A stretch of DNA of 64,000 nucleotides, taken from contig JAKMGP010000038.1 in the NCBI GenBank assembly GCA_022424905.1, positions 704 to 64,703 on the forward strand. The letters run 5' to 3'. The notes below the pieces were generated by a model. That model did not search any database. It was not told where the DNA came from and was given only the letters and a program-made list of their open reading frames with translations. This document shows, piece by piece, positions 28,496 to 37,467 of this stretch; the first letter of the stretch is position 1; each line of letters opens with the position of its first letter. The translations under genes and the position numbers were made by a program. This stretch comes from Akkermansiaceae bacterium. GTDB lineage: Bacteria > Verrucomicrobiota > Verrucomicrobiia > Verrucomicrobiales > Akkermansiaceae.

Positions 28496-29404
28496 ATGGC
28501 AGAAAGAACGTGGTTCTACGCAGACTCAAATCAACAACAGCAGGGCCCCATTACCTTCGGGGAAATTCAACAACTAGCGGCAAACCATACAATTCAACCT
28601 TCAACTTTGATCTGGAAAGAAGGAATGGCCGGATGGACCGCAGCTAGCGAGGTCCAAGGGGTCTACGGAAATTCGGCAATCCAAACACCCGCTTCCCCCA
28701 CTCAAGCAATCCCTAGTAATCCTTATGAAGCCCCAGCTTCAGCCAATGCGATAGAAGTTTCGTCAACAGGAGCCTACCCCATTCCTACTGTCAAAAAGTG
28801 CTCTTTTGCTCTTTTCCTTGGCCTACTCATAACGGGTGCCGTCATCACCGCTATTGGACTTGTAATATTTATAGGTGAATACAGTGAGGGATCAGGAGGT
28901 TATCGCACCGAATATCGCGGATTCCAAGACGATTCACAAATTTTTGTAAGCCCTCAGCAAACAATCACAAGGGAAACACCTTCCCTCGTCGGTGTCTTCG
29001 TTATGCTCATTGGTGGTTCTATTTTATTTCTAACAATGATCTTAAACTATGTGTTTCTCTATCGCGCTTGGCATATTCTTCAGCCAGGTGAAGCACGAAC
29101 CAGCCCCGGAAAAGCCGTAGGCTTTTTATTTATTCCCTTTTTTAATCTCTATTGGATATTCATAAGCTATCATGGTTGGGCATTGGATTGGAATCGGATC
29201 CGTAACAGCCACTCAAATTTAACATCCATGCCAACGGTCTCCGAGGGTCTCTTTTTAGCTGGTCCTATTTGTGTCCTAGTCACGATCGTCCCCTTATTTG
29301 GCGTGTTAGCAAGTCTTGCCTACCCCTTTATTTTTCTCATTATGACCGCCAAGATTTGCAAGGTCGTCAACGCAATGGCTGACGCTTCGCAACAACCAAA
29401 CTAA
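28496..29404 (+). CDS. GYF_2 (DUF4339)-domain membrane protein with DUF4328-like C-terminal region
   Basis: N-terminal WFYADSNQQQQGPITFGEIQQLAANHTIQPSTLIWKEGMAGWTAASEV matches the GYF_2 pattern. Four TM segments are present. The GKAVGFLFIPFFNLYWIF block resembles DUF4328. Confidence 0.6.
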   Translation: MAERTWFYADSNQQQQGPITFGEIQQLAANHTIQPSTLIWKEGMAGWTAASEVQGVYGNSAIQTPASPTQAIPSNPYEAPASANAIEVSSTGAYPIPTVKKCSFALFLGLLITGAVITAIGLVIFIGEYSEGSGGYRTEYRGFQDDSQIFVSPQQTITRETPSLVGVFVMLIGGSILFLTMILNYVFLYRAWHILQPGEARTSPGKAVGFLFIPFFNLYWIFISYHGWALDWNRIRNSHSNLTSMPTVSEGLFLAGPICVLVTIVPLFGVLASLAYPFIFLIMTAKICKVVNAMADASQQPN

Positions 29405-29482
29405 CAGTTTATTGTAAATCTTGTCTATCGAGGCCTCTGCCCGTAAGTCAACGGAGTCCTTTTATCACAAGCTTCTCAATCC

Positions 29483-30856
29483 ATGCCCACCCAAATCGGT
29501 CTCATCTCACTCGGCTGCGCAAAGAACCTCATCGACTCCGAAATCATGCTCGGTCATCTGCAAGATGAGGGGATGACTCTCGTGCCCGACCCGGAACTCG
29601 CTGATGCACTCATAATCAACACCTGCTCCTTCATCGATGTTGCCAAAGACGAATCGGTTGGGACAATCATTGAAGCCGTCAACGCACGTCAGGAAGACCC
29701 GGCACGCGAGAAGCAAAAAATCATCGTCGCAGGCTGTCTTTCCCAACGATTTCAAAAGGACCTTCCCGGCCTTCTTCCAGAAGTCGACGCCTTCATCGGC
29801 CTAGATCAAGTGACCGACGTTGCCTCCATTGTCAGAAAAACCCTCAACCGCGATCTTGAAGCGGAAGGTTCCCTCGACACAGTCACCGAGAAGTCGCGCT
29901 ACATCCCAGACTACACCACGCCACGATTCCGGCTCACTCCGCAACACATGGCCTACATTAAGATCGCTGAGGGCTGCAACCACACGTGCGCCTTCTGCAT
30001 CATCCCGAAAATCCGTGGCCAGCATCGCTCCCGCACCGAGGAATCCATTGTGCGAGAAGCGAAGGGCCTAATCGCCCAAGGCGTAAAGGAAATCAATCTA
30101 ATCTCCCAAGACACCACCTACTTCGGGATGGACAAATGGCAGGGCCTCGGCAACAGACCGAAGCCGACCTCTGGAGTCGATTCCACCAGAGGCGAATCTC
30201 TTTCCACTTTACTTCGCGCCCTCAACGATCTTGAAGGCGATTTCTGGATTCGGCTCCTTTACACCCATCCCGCCCATTGGTCTGACGAGTTGATTCAGAC
30301 GATCGCGGAGTGCCCAAAAATCGCTCGCTATGTTGATATCCCACTCCAACACATCTCAGATCACATGCTCGACAAGATGAATCGGAAAACCGATGGGAAA
30401 TACATTCGTGATCTTTTAAAGAGAATGCGCGATGGAATCCCCGACCTTTCCATAAGGACCACTTTCATCACTGGCTTTCCAGAGGAAACCGATGAAGATC
30501 ACCAAGAGCTTTTAGAATTTATAAAGGACTTTAAATTCGAGCGTTGCGGCATCTTCCAATACTCAAAGGAAGAAGGGACCCGCGCCCATAAAATGGAAGG
30601 TCACGTTCACCACGCAACCAAGAAAAAGCGCCATCGCGAGCTCAGCTCAGCGATCGATGAGGTGGCCGGAGAAATCAACGAGGCCCAGCTGGGCAAGAAA
30701 AAACGCGTCCTTGTAGAAGAGGAAGGAATCGCACGATCAATGTGGGACGCTCCAGACATTGATGGGCGGATCTTCGTACCCATTGACTCCAGAGTTGGGG
30801 AATTTCTTGAGGTCGAGATTAAAGATCACCGTGGCTACGATCTTGTTGCTAAATGA
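29483..30856 (+). CDS. rimO: Ribosomal protein S12 methylthiotransferase RimO
   Basis: N-terminal IGLISLGCAKNLIDSE, radical-SAM CNHTCAFC, and a C-terminal TRAM-like domain. Confidence 0.9.
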   Translation: MPTQIGLISLGCAKNLIDSEIMLGHLQDEGMTLVPDPELADALIINTCSFIDVAKDESVGTIIEAVNARQEDPAREKQKIIVAGCLSQRFQKDLPGLLPEVDAFIGLDQVTDVASIVRKTLNRDLEAEGSLDTVTEKSRYIPDYTTPRFRLTPQHMAYIKIAEGCNHTCAFCIIPKIRGQHRSRTEESIVREAKGLIAQGVKEINLISQDTTYFGMDKWQGLGNRPKPTSGVDSTRGESLSTLLRALNDLEGDFWIRLLYTHPAHWSDELIQTIAECPKIARYVDIPLQHISDHMLDKMNRKTDGKYIRDLLKRMRDGIPDLSIRTTFITGFPEETDEDHQELLEFIKDFKFERCGIFQYSKEEGTRAHKMEGHVHHATKKKRHRELSSAIDEVAGEINEAQLGKKKRVLVEEEGIARSMWDAPDIDGRIFVPIDSRVGEFLEVEIKDHRGYDLVAK

Positions 30857-30857
30857 G

Positions 30858-32453
30858 TTACACGTCTTTGTAGGACTTAACCACGAGCTCACTGAGAAAC
30901 TTATCCGGATCATTCACCGCCGTCTCGGTCAGGACAAATTCTGCTTGTCCCGTATTTTTTTGGATAAGTTTTAAGCCAAATTGGTAATCCTTAAAGTGCT
31001 GCCGGGCGACCTGAAAGACGCTCCGTGCCTGTTCACCAGCCATCTTCACGAGCTTAGCAACCGCCTCGTCAGCAAGCTTTATCACCACGCCGTGCTTCAC
31101 CTTAAACTCACGGATGAAAGCCTCCACTTCTTGGCGAGCCTTTTCGACCACTAACTCCTGTCCCAACTCCCGATAATCACCGAGGTGTTTTTCTCGATTC
31201 TTTATTAAATCTTCATCTAATACGAGTTCGGTCACCGAGGTTCCTGGTAGCTCATATTTAAAATCGCGCAAGATCCGCTCACCAACTGTCATCAGGCCAC
31301 GGGCACCCGTTTTTTCATCTGCCGCCATTTCAGCAATCTTAGTGATTCCGGAGTCCTTCACTTTTAGATCGATCCCATAAGCCTCAAACTCGCGCTCATA
31401 CTGACGCAAAAGACTCCCCTCAGAATACTTTAAAATAGCCTCCAAATCGTTAGCCTCGAGGTGCTCGCAAACCACACGGACAGGAATCCGCCCAATAAAT
31501 TCAGCTTCAAACCCAAAATCGATGTAGTCCTGAGTCGTGACATGTTTGAACAGTTCGTTATCCATCATCGGTTCAGTCTGTTCTGTCGAAAATCCGATTT
31601 GCGCGGCTTGGCTTCGCTTACGAACAATCTTCTCAAGCCCAGAAAATGCACCGCTAACGATGAACAAAATATGTTTGGTGTTAATGCTATCTTTGTTCTT
31701 TTTGCCATTCTGCATGTCCATCATGGCCATCATTTGACCCCGCATATCTTGAGGATTCCGTAGCGGAACTTCGGTTTCCTCCATCAGTTTCAAGAGAGTC
31801 GTCTGGACCCCTCGCCCGCTCACATCTCGGCCGATCATTCCTCCACCCCCACTGGAAGCTAACTTGTCTACTTCATCGATATAGATAATTCCATACTCAG
31901 CCAAAGAAACATCGCCATTGGCTTTGGAAACCAACTCACGAACGAGATCATCGACATCCCCCCCGACATAACCAGTCTCGGAAAACTTGGTTGCGTCCGC
32001 CTTTACAAAGGGAACACCAATTAATTCGGCGATATGCTTCACTAAGTAGGTTTTCCCAACTCCTGTTGGACCCACAACCATAACATTTTGCTTTTGCAGC
32101 TCGAGTTTCTCAACTTCATCCTCTTGTAATTTGAGGGTCTTAACGTGATTGTAGTGGTCACAAACCGCGATCGAGAGAGCCTTCTTAGCCTCATCCTGAC
32201 GAATCACAAAACGGTCAAGATGCGCCTTAATATCACGTGGCAAGAGATCAAATTCGAAAATATCGTCTGTCTCTGGCTCCACAAAACTTTCTTCCGCACC
32301 CTTCGTTTCCTTGGCGAATGATGAAGAATCCGCACCAGTGAATGAAAACCCTCCTTTCCCTAATTGGCCAAACATCCCTTCGAGAGTTTTCTTAATTTCC
32401 TCGGGATCAGGATAATTTGGTTCCTTGGGTCCGCCTTTATCATCATCATTCAT
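30858..32453 (-). CDS. ClpX-family AAA+ unfoldase paralog lacking the N-terminal zinc-binding domain, with C-terminal extension
   Basis: Walker A VGPTGVGKTYL, pore loop ETGYVGGD, Walker B IIYIDEVDK, SGRGVQTTLLKLME, IGF-type loop AAQIGFSTE and sensor-2 GARGL. There are no Cys4 motifs in the first 100 aa. About 95 aa lie beyond the usual ClpX end. Confidence 0.75.
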   Translation of the reverse strand: MNDDDKGGPKEPNYPDPEEIKKTLEGMFGQLGKGGFSFTGADSSSFAKETKGAEESFVEPETDDIFEFDLLPRDIKAHLDRFVIRQDEAKKALSIAVCDHYNHVKTLKLQEDEVEKLELQKQNVMVVGPTGVGKTYLVKHIAELIGVPFVKADATKFSETGYVGGDVDDLVRELVSKANGDVSLAEYGIIYIDEVDKLASSGGGGMIGRDVSGRGVQTTLLKLMEETEVPLRNPQDMRGQMMAMMDMQNGKKNKDSINTKHILFIVSGAFSGLEKIVRKRSQAAQIGFSTEQTEPMMDNELFKHVTTQDYIDFGFEAEFIGRIPVRVVCEHLEANDLEAILKYSEGSLLRQYEREFEAYGIDLKVKDSGITKIAEMAADEKTGARGLMTVGERILRDFKYELPGTSVTELVLDEDLIKNREKHLGDYRELGQELVVEKARQEVEAFIREFKVKHGVVIKLADEAVAKLVKMAGEQARSVFQVARQHFKDYQFGLKLIQKNTGQAEFVLTETAVNDPDKFLSELVVKSYKDV

Positions 32454-32524
32454 AGGTCCAATATCGGCAGCAATGGAACCGGGGCAAGGGTGAATTTAAA
32501 GGCTCTGTTTGCCCAATCCTCCAA

Positions 32525-35503
32525 TTACTCCTTCATCGAAACCAAATAGGAGATGAGGTGATTAAACTCATCAACCGTAAGGGTTGAAGCGAGCCCGACA
32601 GGCATCATAGATTGTGGTTGATGATCCCGTTTAGCAATCATGCCTTCTCTTAGCTGTGTCACGATGCCTGCAATATTTCGAATATCGATCACACCATCTT
32701 CCTCGCGAGTCACGAAACCCATATGGGCTGTTTTGTCCTTCATTGTTATGAGTTCCGTTTGGAATCCCTGCGCAACGACCGCGTTAGGATCGAGAATAGA
32801 CTGAATTAGATAATCTTTGGTAAACTTGCTACCGGCAGACCCGAGATATGGCCCCTTTTGAACTGCTTTTTGATCGACTGCATGACAAGCAATACAACCC
32901 TGACGAGTGTAGATTTTCTCGCCCATCATCGCATCTCCGGTAGATGCCATCGCAAACTTGGTAATTTCCGCAGGTTTGAGATTCGCCAGTTTTTTTCCAG
33001 CACTTGCTTTGGCCGACGCGATCAGACGCTTGGCACGCTCCGCAGCTTCAATTAAGGTGTCGTTGTCACTATCGATAGCATTTTCGATCTGCCTATCAAA
33101 CCCAGGCAAAAGAAGATCAGCAAGAGCAAGAAACAAGCCCTCCTCTCGGGGATTCTTTTGGATCATATTGAGAATGGGTGTCTTTTGATTCTCTTTAATA
33201 AGGGGGCTTTGCGTGAAAATCAGGAGCGTTCTCCAAGCAACTCTACTTTCCGATTTGCTTCCCTTGGCAGCTACTTTACGGAGGACTTTTGTGGAAAGAA
33301 TGAGAGCCGGCTGGTTCACAAAATCATTCAACTCCAGCTCCACTTCGGAAGGTTTCATCCCTTGATCAAGCCATGCCCCGAGGATCTCTACTTGATTCGC
33401 GACGGCCTTTCCCTCGAGACGCCCCAGCGCTCGATAGGCAGACACTCTTTCCTCCCAGAGCCGTCTCTTATCCTTGGCAGCACCAGTCAAGATTCTAATC
33501 TGCGATTCATCAGGAGTGGGCGTCGAAAGCGCAATGACAAAAGGATCCTGTTTACCCAAGCTAAGTTCAGAAACCGGCACACGATTGATCCCAAGAATAC
33601 CGAGCATTTTCGACTGATCGGTTTTAGCCAGTTGATTGAAAACACCCTCAAGTGCCGCTTTGATATTAGGAGTCTCTTCCCAAGTCTCAGGTGCAAAATA
33701 AGGACCTCGATCATCTGGCCGGGTTCCCCACCACGCTTTAAGATCCCACTCTGCTTCACGATGAAAAAGTCGAGCAAGAATCTCGATGAGCCCCAGTCGC
33801 TCGCCTCCTTTGGATTGTTGTAAACTAGCTGCAATTCCAGAAATAACCTCTGGGCGATGAAGTCGCATCAAAGCGAGACGTGCTGTTTTCTTATTTATGT
33901 GGGACAGAAGGCTTTCCACATCGCCAATCTTTACCAGTGCACCAACAGCAGTGTTTTGAATACGTGGATCCTGAGCTTCACCTACTGCCTTCAGAATTTG
34001 CGCAGTCGCATTTTTTGCGGAATTACCAGTCCTCATCAGAAACACCACAGCCTGCAGGCGAGTCCGTTCATCGCCGGATTGAAGGGCTCCCTCAACCAAG
34101 CTAAAGGTATCACTAGAAATCTCTCCACTAAGGTCACCAGCAGCCCGAGTAAGATATTGCTGAATCTCCTTAAGATTCCTCCAGTCTTTTGCGAAGATCT
34201 GAAGAAATTGATCTGCAGTCATCCCCTTCATTTGGGAAAGAGTGAAGATTGCGGCGATTCGAGATTCGATTCTCAAGCGTGAATCCTTAATTAAATCAGT
34301 GAGCGACTTCATTGATTCAGTCTCAGCTTTTGCCAAGAGCACACGCTGAACCTCAAGTCTCCGCACGGCTGAAGGGCTCTTAAGTTGCGAAACTAATTCG
34401 GAAGTCGACATTGCGGCAAGGTCTGGGAAGGGCCTATCCTTCAGACCTTTTTTAGTGAGCTTCTGCACCATCCCAACCTTCTTTCCTTTCCCCGCAAACT
34501 TGAATCTCCCCCCCCGCCAATCACAGACAAACAGATTACCGGATCCATCGACATCAATATCAATCGCCCGGGGGAGATTCATGTAAACGCTTTCCTTGAG
34601 TGAGTAGCTCGCTCCTTTTTCAGAAATCTTGTCATTGTATATCTTTCCAGTGGTCCAATCACAGGTCAGAAGGAGCTCATCGTGTCCAGGCTCCGCTAAA
34701 TAAAGAGCACCCGTTCCACTTCCCCCACCTAAATCGAGGATTGGCTTCACAGCCTCATCCGTGAAATTTTTGTAAAGACGCGGGTATCCATGCTCCGACC
34801 CATTAGTGAGGTGATGCACACGGATATTCCATCCCTTTCCGTCGTTGGTATTATCTCTCGTGAAAAGGTCAAGTTTTGGGCTGATCGCGATATCGCAAAT
34901 GTTGCGCGTGTGATAAGAGTAAATTTCGAGGTCACTCCCATCAGGTCTAACCCGAGCCACTCCACCACCACGCAAAGTCACCACTTTACCATCAGCTCCC
35001 TTTGTCGCCTCCATCCCGAAATCACCCACTGCAATGTAAAGCCATCCATCAATACCCATCCGGCACCCATTTGTAGTGTGATCGGAGCCGCGAGGATGCC
35101 TTAAGCCAAACCCAATATTTTCGAGTAGAACCTTATGCTCGTCTGCAACTCCGTCACCCGTCGTATCGCGGAAAGAACTCAAAAAAGGTGGATGAATTAG
35201 ATAGAGGGTGTCCTTCACAAAGTGCCCCCCACGCGGGCTGTCGACATTGGGAACATAGTCCTTAAATTGATCAGCTTTACCGTCACCATTGGTATCACGA
35301 CAAGAAACAATCTTTCCCATATTCTTTTCCTTACCGAGAGAACCATTTTTATCGACTGAAACGTAAACAGTCCCATCAGCCGCAGCAGTAAGAGCAGTCG
35401 GGTAGTCAACCTCGAAAGGCTCAGCCCAATTTGAAATTTCATAACCATCAGGAAGAGCAATAGCTGGCGCAGACAACAAAAGGAAAACGAGGAGGTTTTT
35501 CAT
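32525..35503 (-). CDS. PVC-type membrane-bound dehydrogenase-domain / HEAT-repeat / cytochrome c protein
   Basis: Signal peptide MKNLLVFLLLSAPAIA. N-terminal beta-propeller-like dehydrogenase region, central HEAT-like repeats, and C-terminal haem motif GCIACHAV followed by MP. Confidence 0.75.
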   Translation of the reverse strand: MKNLLVFLLLSAPAIALPDGYEISNWAEPFEVDYPTALTAAADGTVYVSVDKNGSLGKEKNMGKIVSCRDTNGDGKADQFKDYVPNVDSPRGGHFVKDTLYLIHPPFLSSFRDTTGDGVADEHKVLLENIGFGLRHPRGSDHTTNGCRMGIDGWLYIAVGDFGMEATKGADGKVVTLRGGGVARVRPDGSDLEIYSYHTRNICDIAISPKLDLFTRDNTNDGKGWNIRVHHLTNGSEHGYPRLYKNFTDEAVKPILDLGGGSGTGALYLAEPGHDELLLTCDWTTGKIYNDKISEKGASYSLKESVYMNLPRAIDIDVDGSGNLFVCDWRGGRFKFAGKGKKVGMVQKLTKKGLKDRPFPDLAAMSTSELVSQLKSPSAVRRLEVQRVLLAKAETESMKSLTDLIKDSRLRIESRIAAIFTLSQMKGMTADQFLQIFAKDWRNLKEIQQYLTRAAGDLSGEISSDTFSLVEGALQSGDERTRLQAVVFLMRTGNSAKNATAQILKAVGEAQDPRIQNTAVGALVKIGDVESLLSHINKKTARLALMRLHRPEVISGIAASLQQSKGGERLGLIEILARLFHREAEWDLKAWWGTRPDDRGPYFAPETWEETPNIKAALEGVFNQLAKTDQSKMLGILGINRVPVSELSLGKQDPFVIALSTPTPDESQIRILTGAAKDKRRLWEERVSAYRALGRLEGKAVANQVEILGAWLDQGMKPSEVELELNDFVNQPALILSTKVLRKVAAKGSKSESRVAWRTLLIFTQSPLIKENQKTPILNMIQKNPREEGLFLALADLLLPGFDRQIENAIDSDNDTLIEAAERAKRLIASAKASAGKKLANLKPAEITKFAMASTGDAMMGEKIYTRQGCIACHAVDQKAVQKGPYLGSAGSKFTKDYLIQSILDPNAVVAQGFQTELITMKDKTAHMGFVTREEDGVIDIRNIAGIVTQLREGMIAKRDHQPQSMMPVGLASTLTVDEFNHLISYLVSMKE

Positions 35504-35580
35504 AAGATTTTAGGCGCAGCTCCTGCGCGATAGCCAGATTGTTCCTTCCAATCGCCTCTTGTTCAAATCATTCTTTGCTC

Positions 35581-36474
35581 ATGCGCAAAGCCTTTCTCCT
35601 CGGAGCCGGATTGGGAACCCGGCTCCAACCGCTGACCGAAACTCTTCCTAAGCCACTCATCCCATTCGCCAACCGCCCGCTGATCACCCACGCCCTTGAC
35701 CATTGCCTCCAAGCCGGAATCACCGACTTTGCCATCAACACGCACCATCTACACGAGACATGGGACAGGTTCTTTCCGAACGGCAAATATCGAGGTGCAA
35801 ATCTCACCTTTTTCCATGAGCCAGAACTCCTAGAAACTGGCGGTGGCATTAAAAATATCGCCGACTGGATCAAGGATGATCCGGTCCTGGTCTACAATGG
35901 CGATATTATCACCGATTTGCCGATTGAGCGCCTCATGACGGGCCATATGGCCTCGAACAACACCGTAACTTTAGCAGTGCAAGATCATGGAGCGGATTTG
36001 CGAATAACCGTAGATGGTCACCGCGTGACAGATGTCCGTGGCTTAATTCATCAACAACAGGGTACACATCAGTTTACAGGGATTTATGTGATCGACCCCG
36101 AAGTTCTCGACCTAATTCCGCCAAACGAAAAAATTTCTATTATTCCAGCCTTCGTGAAACTGATCAAAAAAGGCGAACTGGGAACATATCACGTGAAGGG
36201 CCATCCAAAGTGGCTGGACCTCGGAACGCGTGAAACATATCTGGAGGCGAGTCTTGCCATTACGCCCAAAGTATCCAAGGAGGCTCGCATCTCTGAGACA
36301 GCTAACATTCAAAATTCATGGGTCGCTCAGAACGCCATCGTTGAGTCAGGCGCCGTCATCAAGGACAGCATCCTCTGGCCGGGAACTCATGTTTTGCAGG
36401 ATGCGGAATTGACAAATTGCATCGTTCACAGCAACTCCCCAATATCGGGCGTTCATAAGAGCTCCGATCTCTAA
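35581..36474 (+). CDS. Sugar-1-phosphate nucleotidyltransferase (MurU-like) with C-terminal hexapeptide-repeat region
   Basis: The ATG at 35581 gives MRKAFLLGAGLGTRLQPLTETLPKPLIP, the G-x-G-T-R-L NTP-transferase signature. The ORF-track start at 35539 is a TTG. The C-terminal part has a left-handed-helix-like repeat character. Confidence 0.75.
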   Translation: MRKAFLLGAGLGTRLQPLTETLPKPLIPFANRPLITHALDHCLQAGITDFAINTHHLHETWDRFFPNGKYRGANLTFFHEPELLETGGGIKNIADWIKDDPVLVYNGDIITDLPIERLMTGHMASNNTVTLAVQDHGADLRITVDGHRVTDVRGLIHQQQGTHQFTGIYVIDPEVLDLIPPNEKISIIPAFVKLIKKGELGTYHVKGHPKWLDLGTRETYLEASLAITPKVSKEARISETANIQNSWVAQNAIVESGAVIKDSILWPGTHVLQDAELTNCIVHSNSPISGVHKSSDL

Positions 36475-36492
36475 AACTCCTCCTTACTAAAG

Positions 36493-37434
36493 ATGCCTGC
36501 CGACACCTTGCTCACCGCCGTTCGAGCCCACCTAGACCTCGCGCCAACCCACCGCGTCCTCATGGAGCCGATCCAAAAGGGTGCTTCAGGGCGGACCATC
36601 ATTCGAATCAGCCCGGACGCCTATCCCAGCTTTATTGGCATTCATTACACTCTCGAACGATCAGATAACGCCAACTTTCTACCTGTTGCTGAATTCCTGA
36701 AGGAGGCTGGCCTAAATATTCCGGACGTCCTTTACGATAACACCCGACGCCAGGTGGCGCTCATTGAGGATTTAGGCGATCAGGACCTCCTTAGCCTTAA
36801 GGATGCTACATTCGAGGAGCGCGAGCCCTACTATCGCTCCGCTTTCGAGCAACTCGACAAGCTTCTCTACACTCGGCCACCCAAAGAGTTTGATCTTCAA
36901 CCAGCCTTTGACGAACCCCTGTATCGTTGGGAGCAGGAATATTTCTTTGAGCACTTCATTGAAACTCATCTCGGCAAGGATTCGTCTGCGCTGTCTGAAG
37001 ACCCCATCCTGCGAGGTCTCGCCAAGCGACTCGGCGCTACAGCACCTCATATGGTGCATCGCGATTTTCAGTCCCAAAATCTCATGCTTAATAGCGGGAC
37101 CACCTATCTCATCGATTTTCAGGGTCTTCGCATGGGGCGTCAGGAATATGACCTCGCCTCGCTGCTCTACGACCCCTATATGAATCACTCGCGCGAAGAT
37201 CGCCTAAAGCTCCTCAAGCTCTGGGAAGAGGTTTGCGAAGAAGAGCCTATTCAACCTATCCTTAAAGACTGCGCAGCCCAGAGGCTTATGCAGGCCCTAG
37301 GAGCCTTTTCCAACATTGGCCACAACGAGGATGACAAATGGTACCTTGCTCAAATTCCTGCTGCCGTTGGCTTCCTCAAAGAGGTTATCGATGACACCCC
37401 ATTGGAAGACGCGCTCGGTCCTTTCCTCGACTAG
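36493..37434 (+). CDS. Aminoglycoside-phosphotransferase-fold sugar kinase (AmgK-like anomeric MurNAc/GlcNAc kinase)
   Basis: The catalytic block HRDFQSQNLM and IDFQGLRMGRQEYDLASLLYD match the AmgK/COG3178 pattern. It lies 18 bp downstream of the MurU-like gene. Confidence 0.65.
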   Translation: MPADTLLTAVRAHLDLAPTHRVLMEPIQKGASGRTIIRISPDAYPSFIGIHYTLERSDNANFLPVAEFLKEAGLNIPDVLYDNTRRQVALIEDLGDQDLLSLKDATFEEREPYYRSAFEQLDKLLYTRPPKEFDLQPAFDEPLYRWEQEYFFEHFIETHLGKDSSALSEDPILRGLAKRLGATAPHMVHRDFQSQNLMLNSGTTYLIDFQGLRMGRQEYDLASLLYDPYMNHSREDRLKLLKLWEEVCEEEPIQPILKDCAAQRLMQALGAFSNIGHNEDDKWYLAQIPAAVGFLKEVIDDTPLEDALGPFLD

Positions 37435-37467
37435 AGAAAATAATCGTGATAGCTCTACGCCGTAATT

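Noticed and set aside
33158-33823. A 221-aa plus-strand ORF inside the dehydrogenase/HEAT/cytochrome c gene.
   Set aside because: It is antisense to a 992-aa CDS with clear domain signatures, and it has no motifs of its own.
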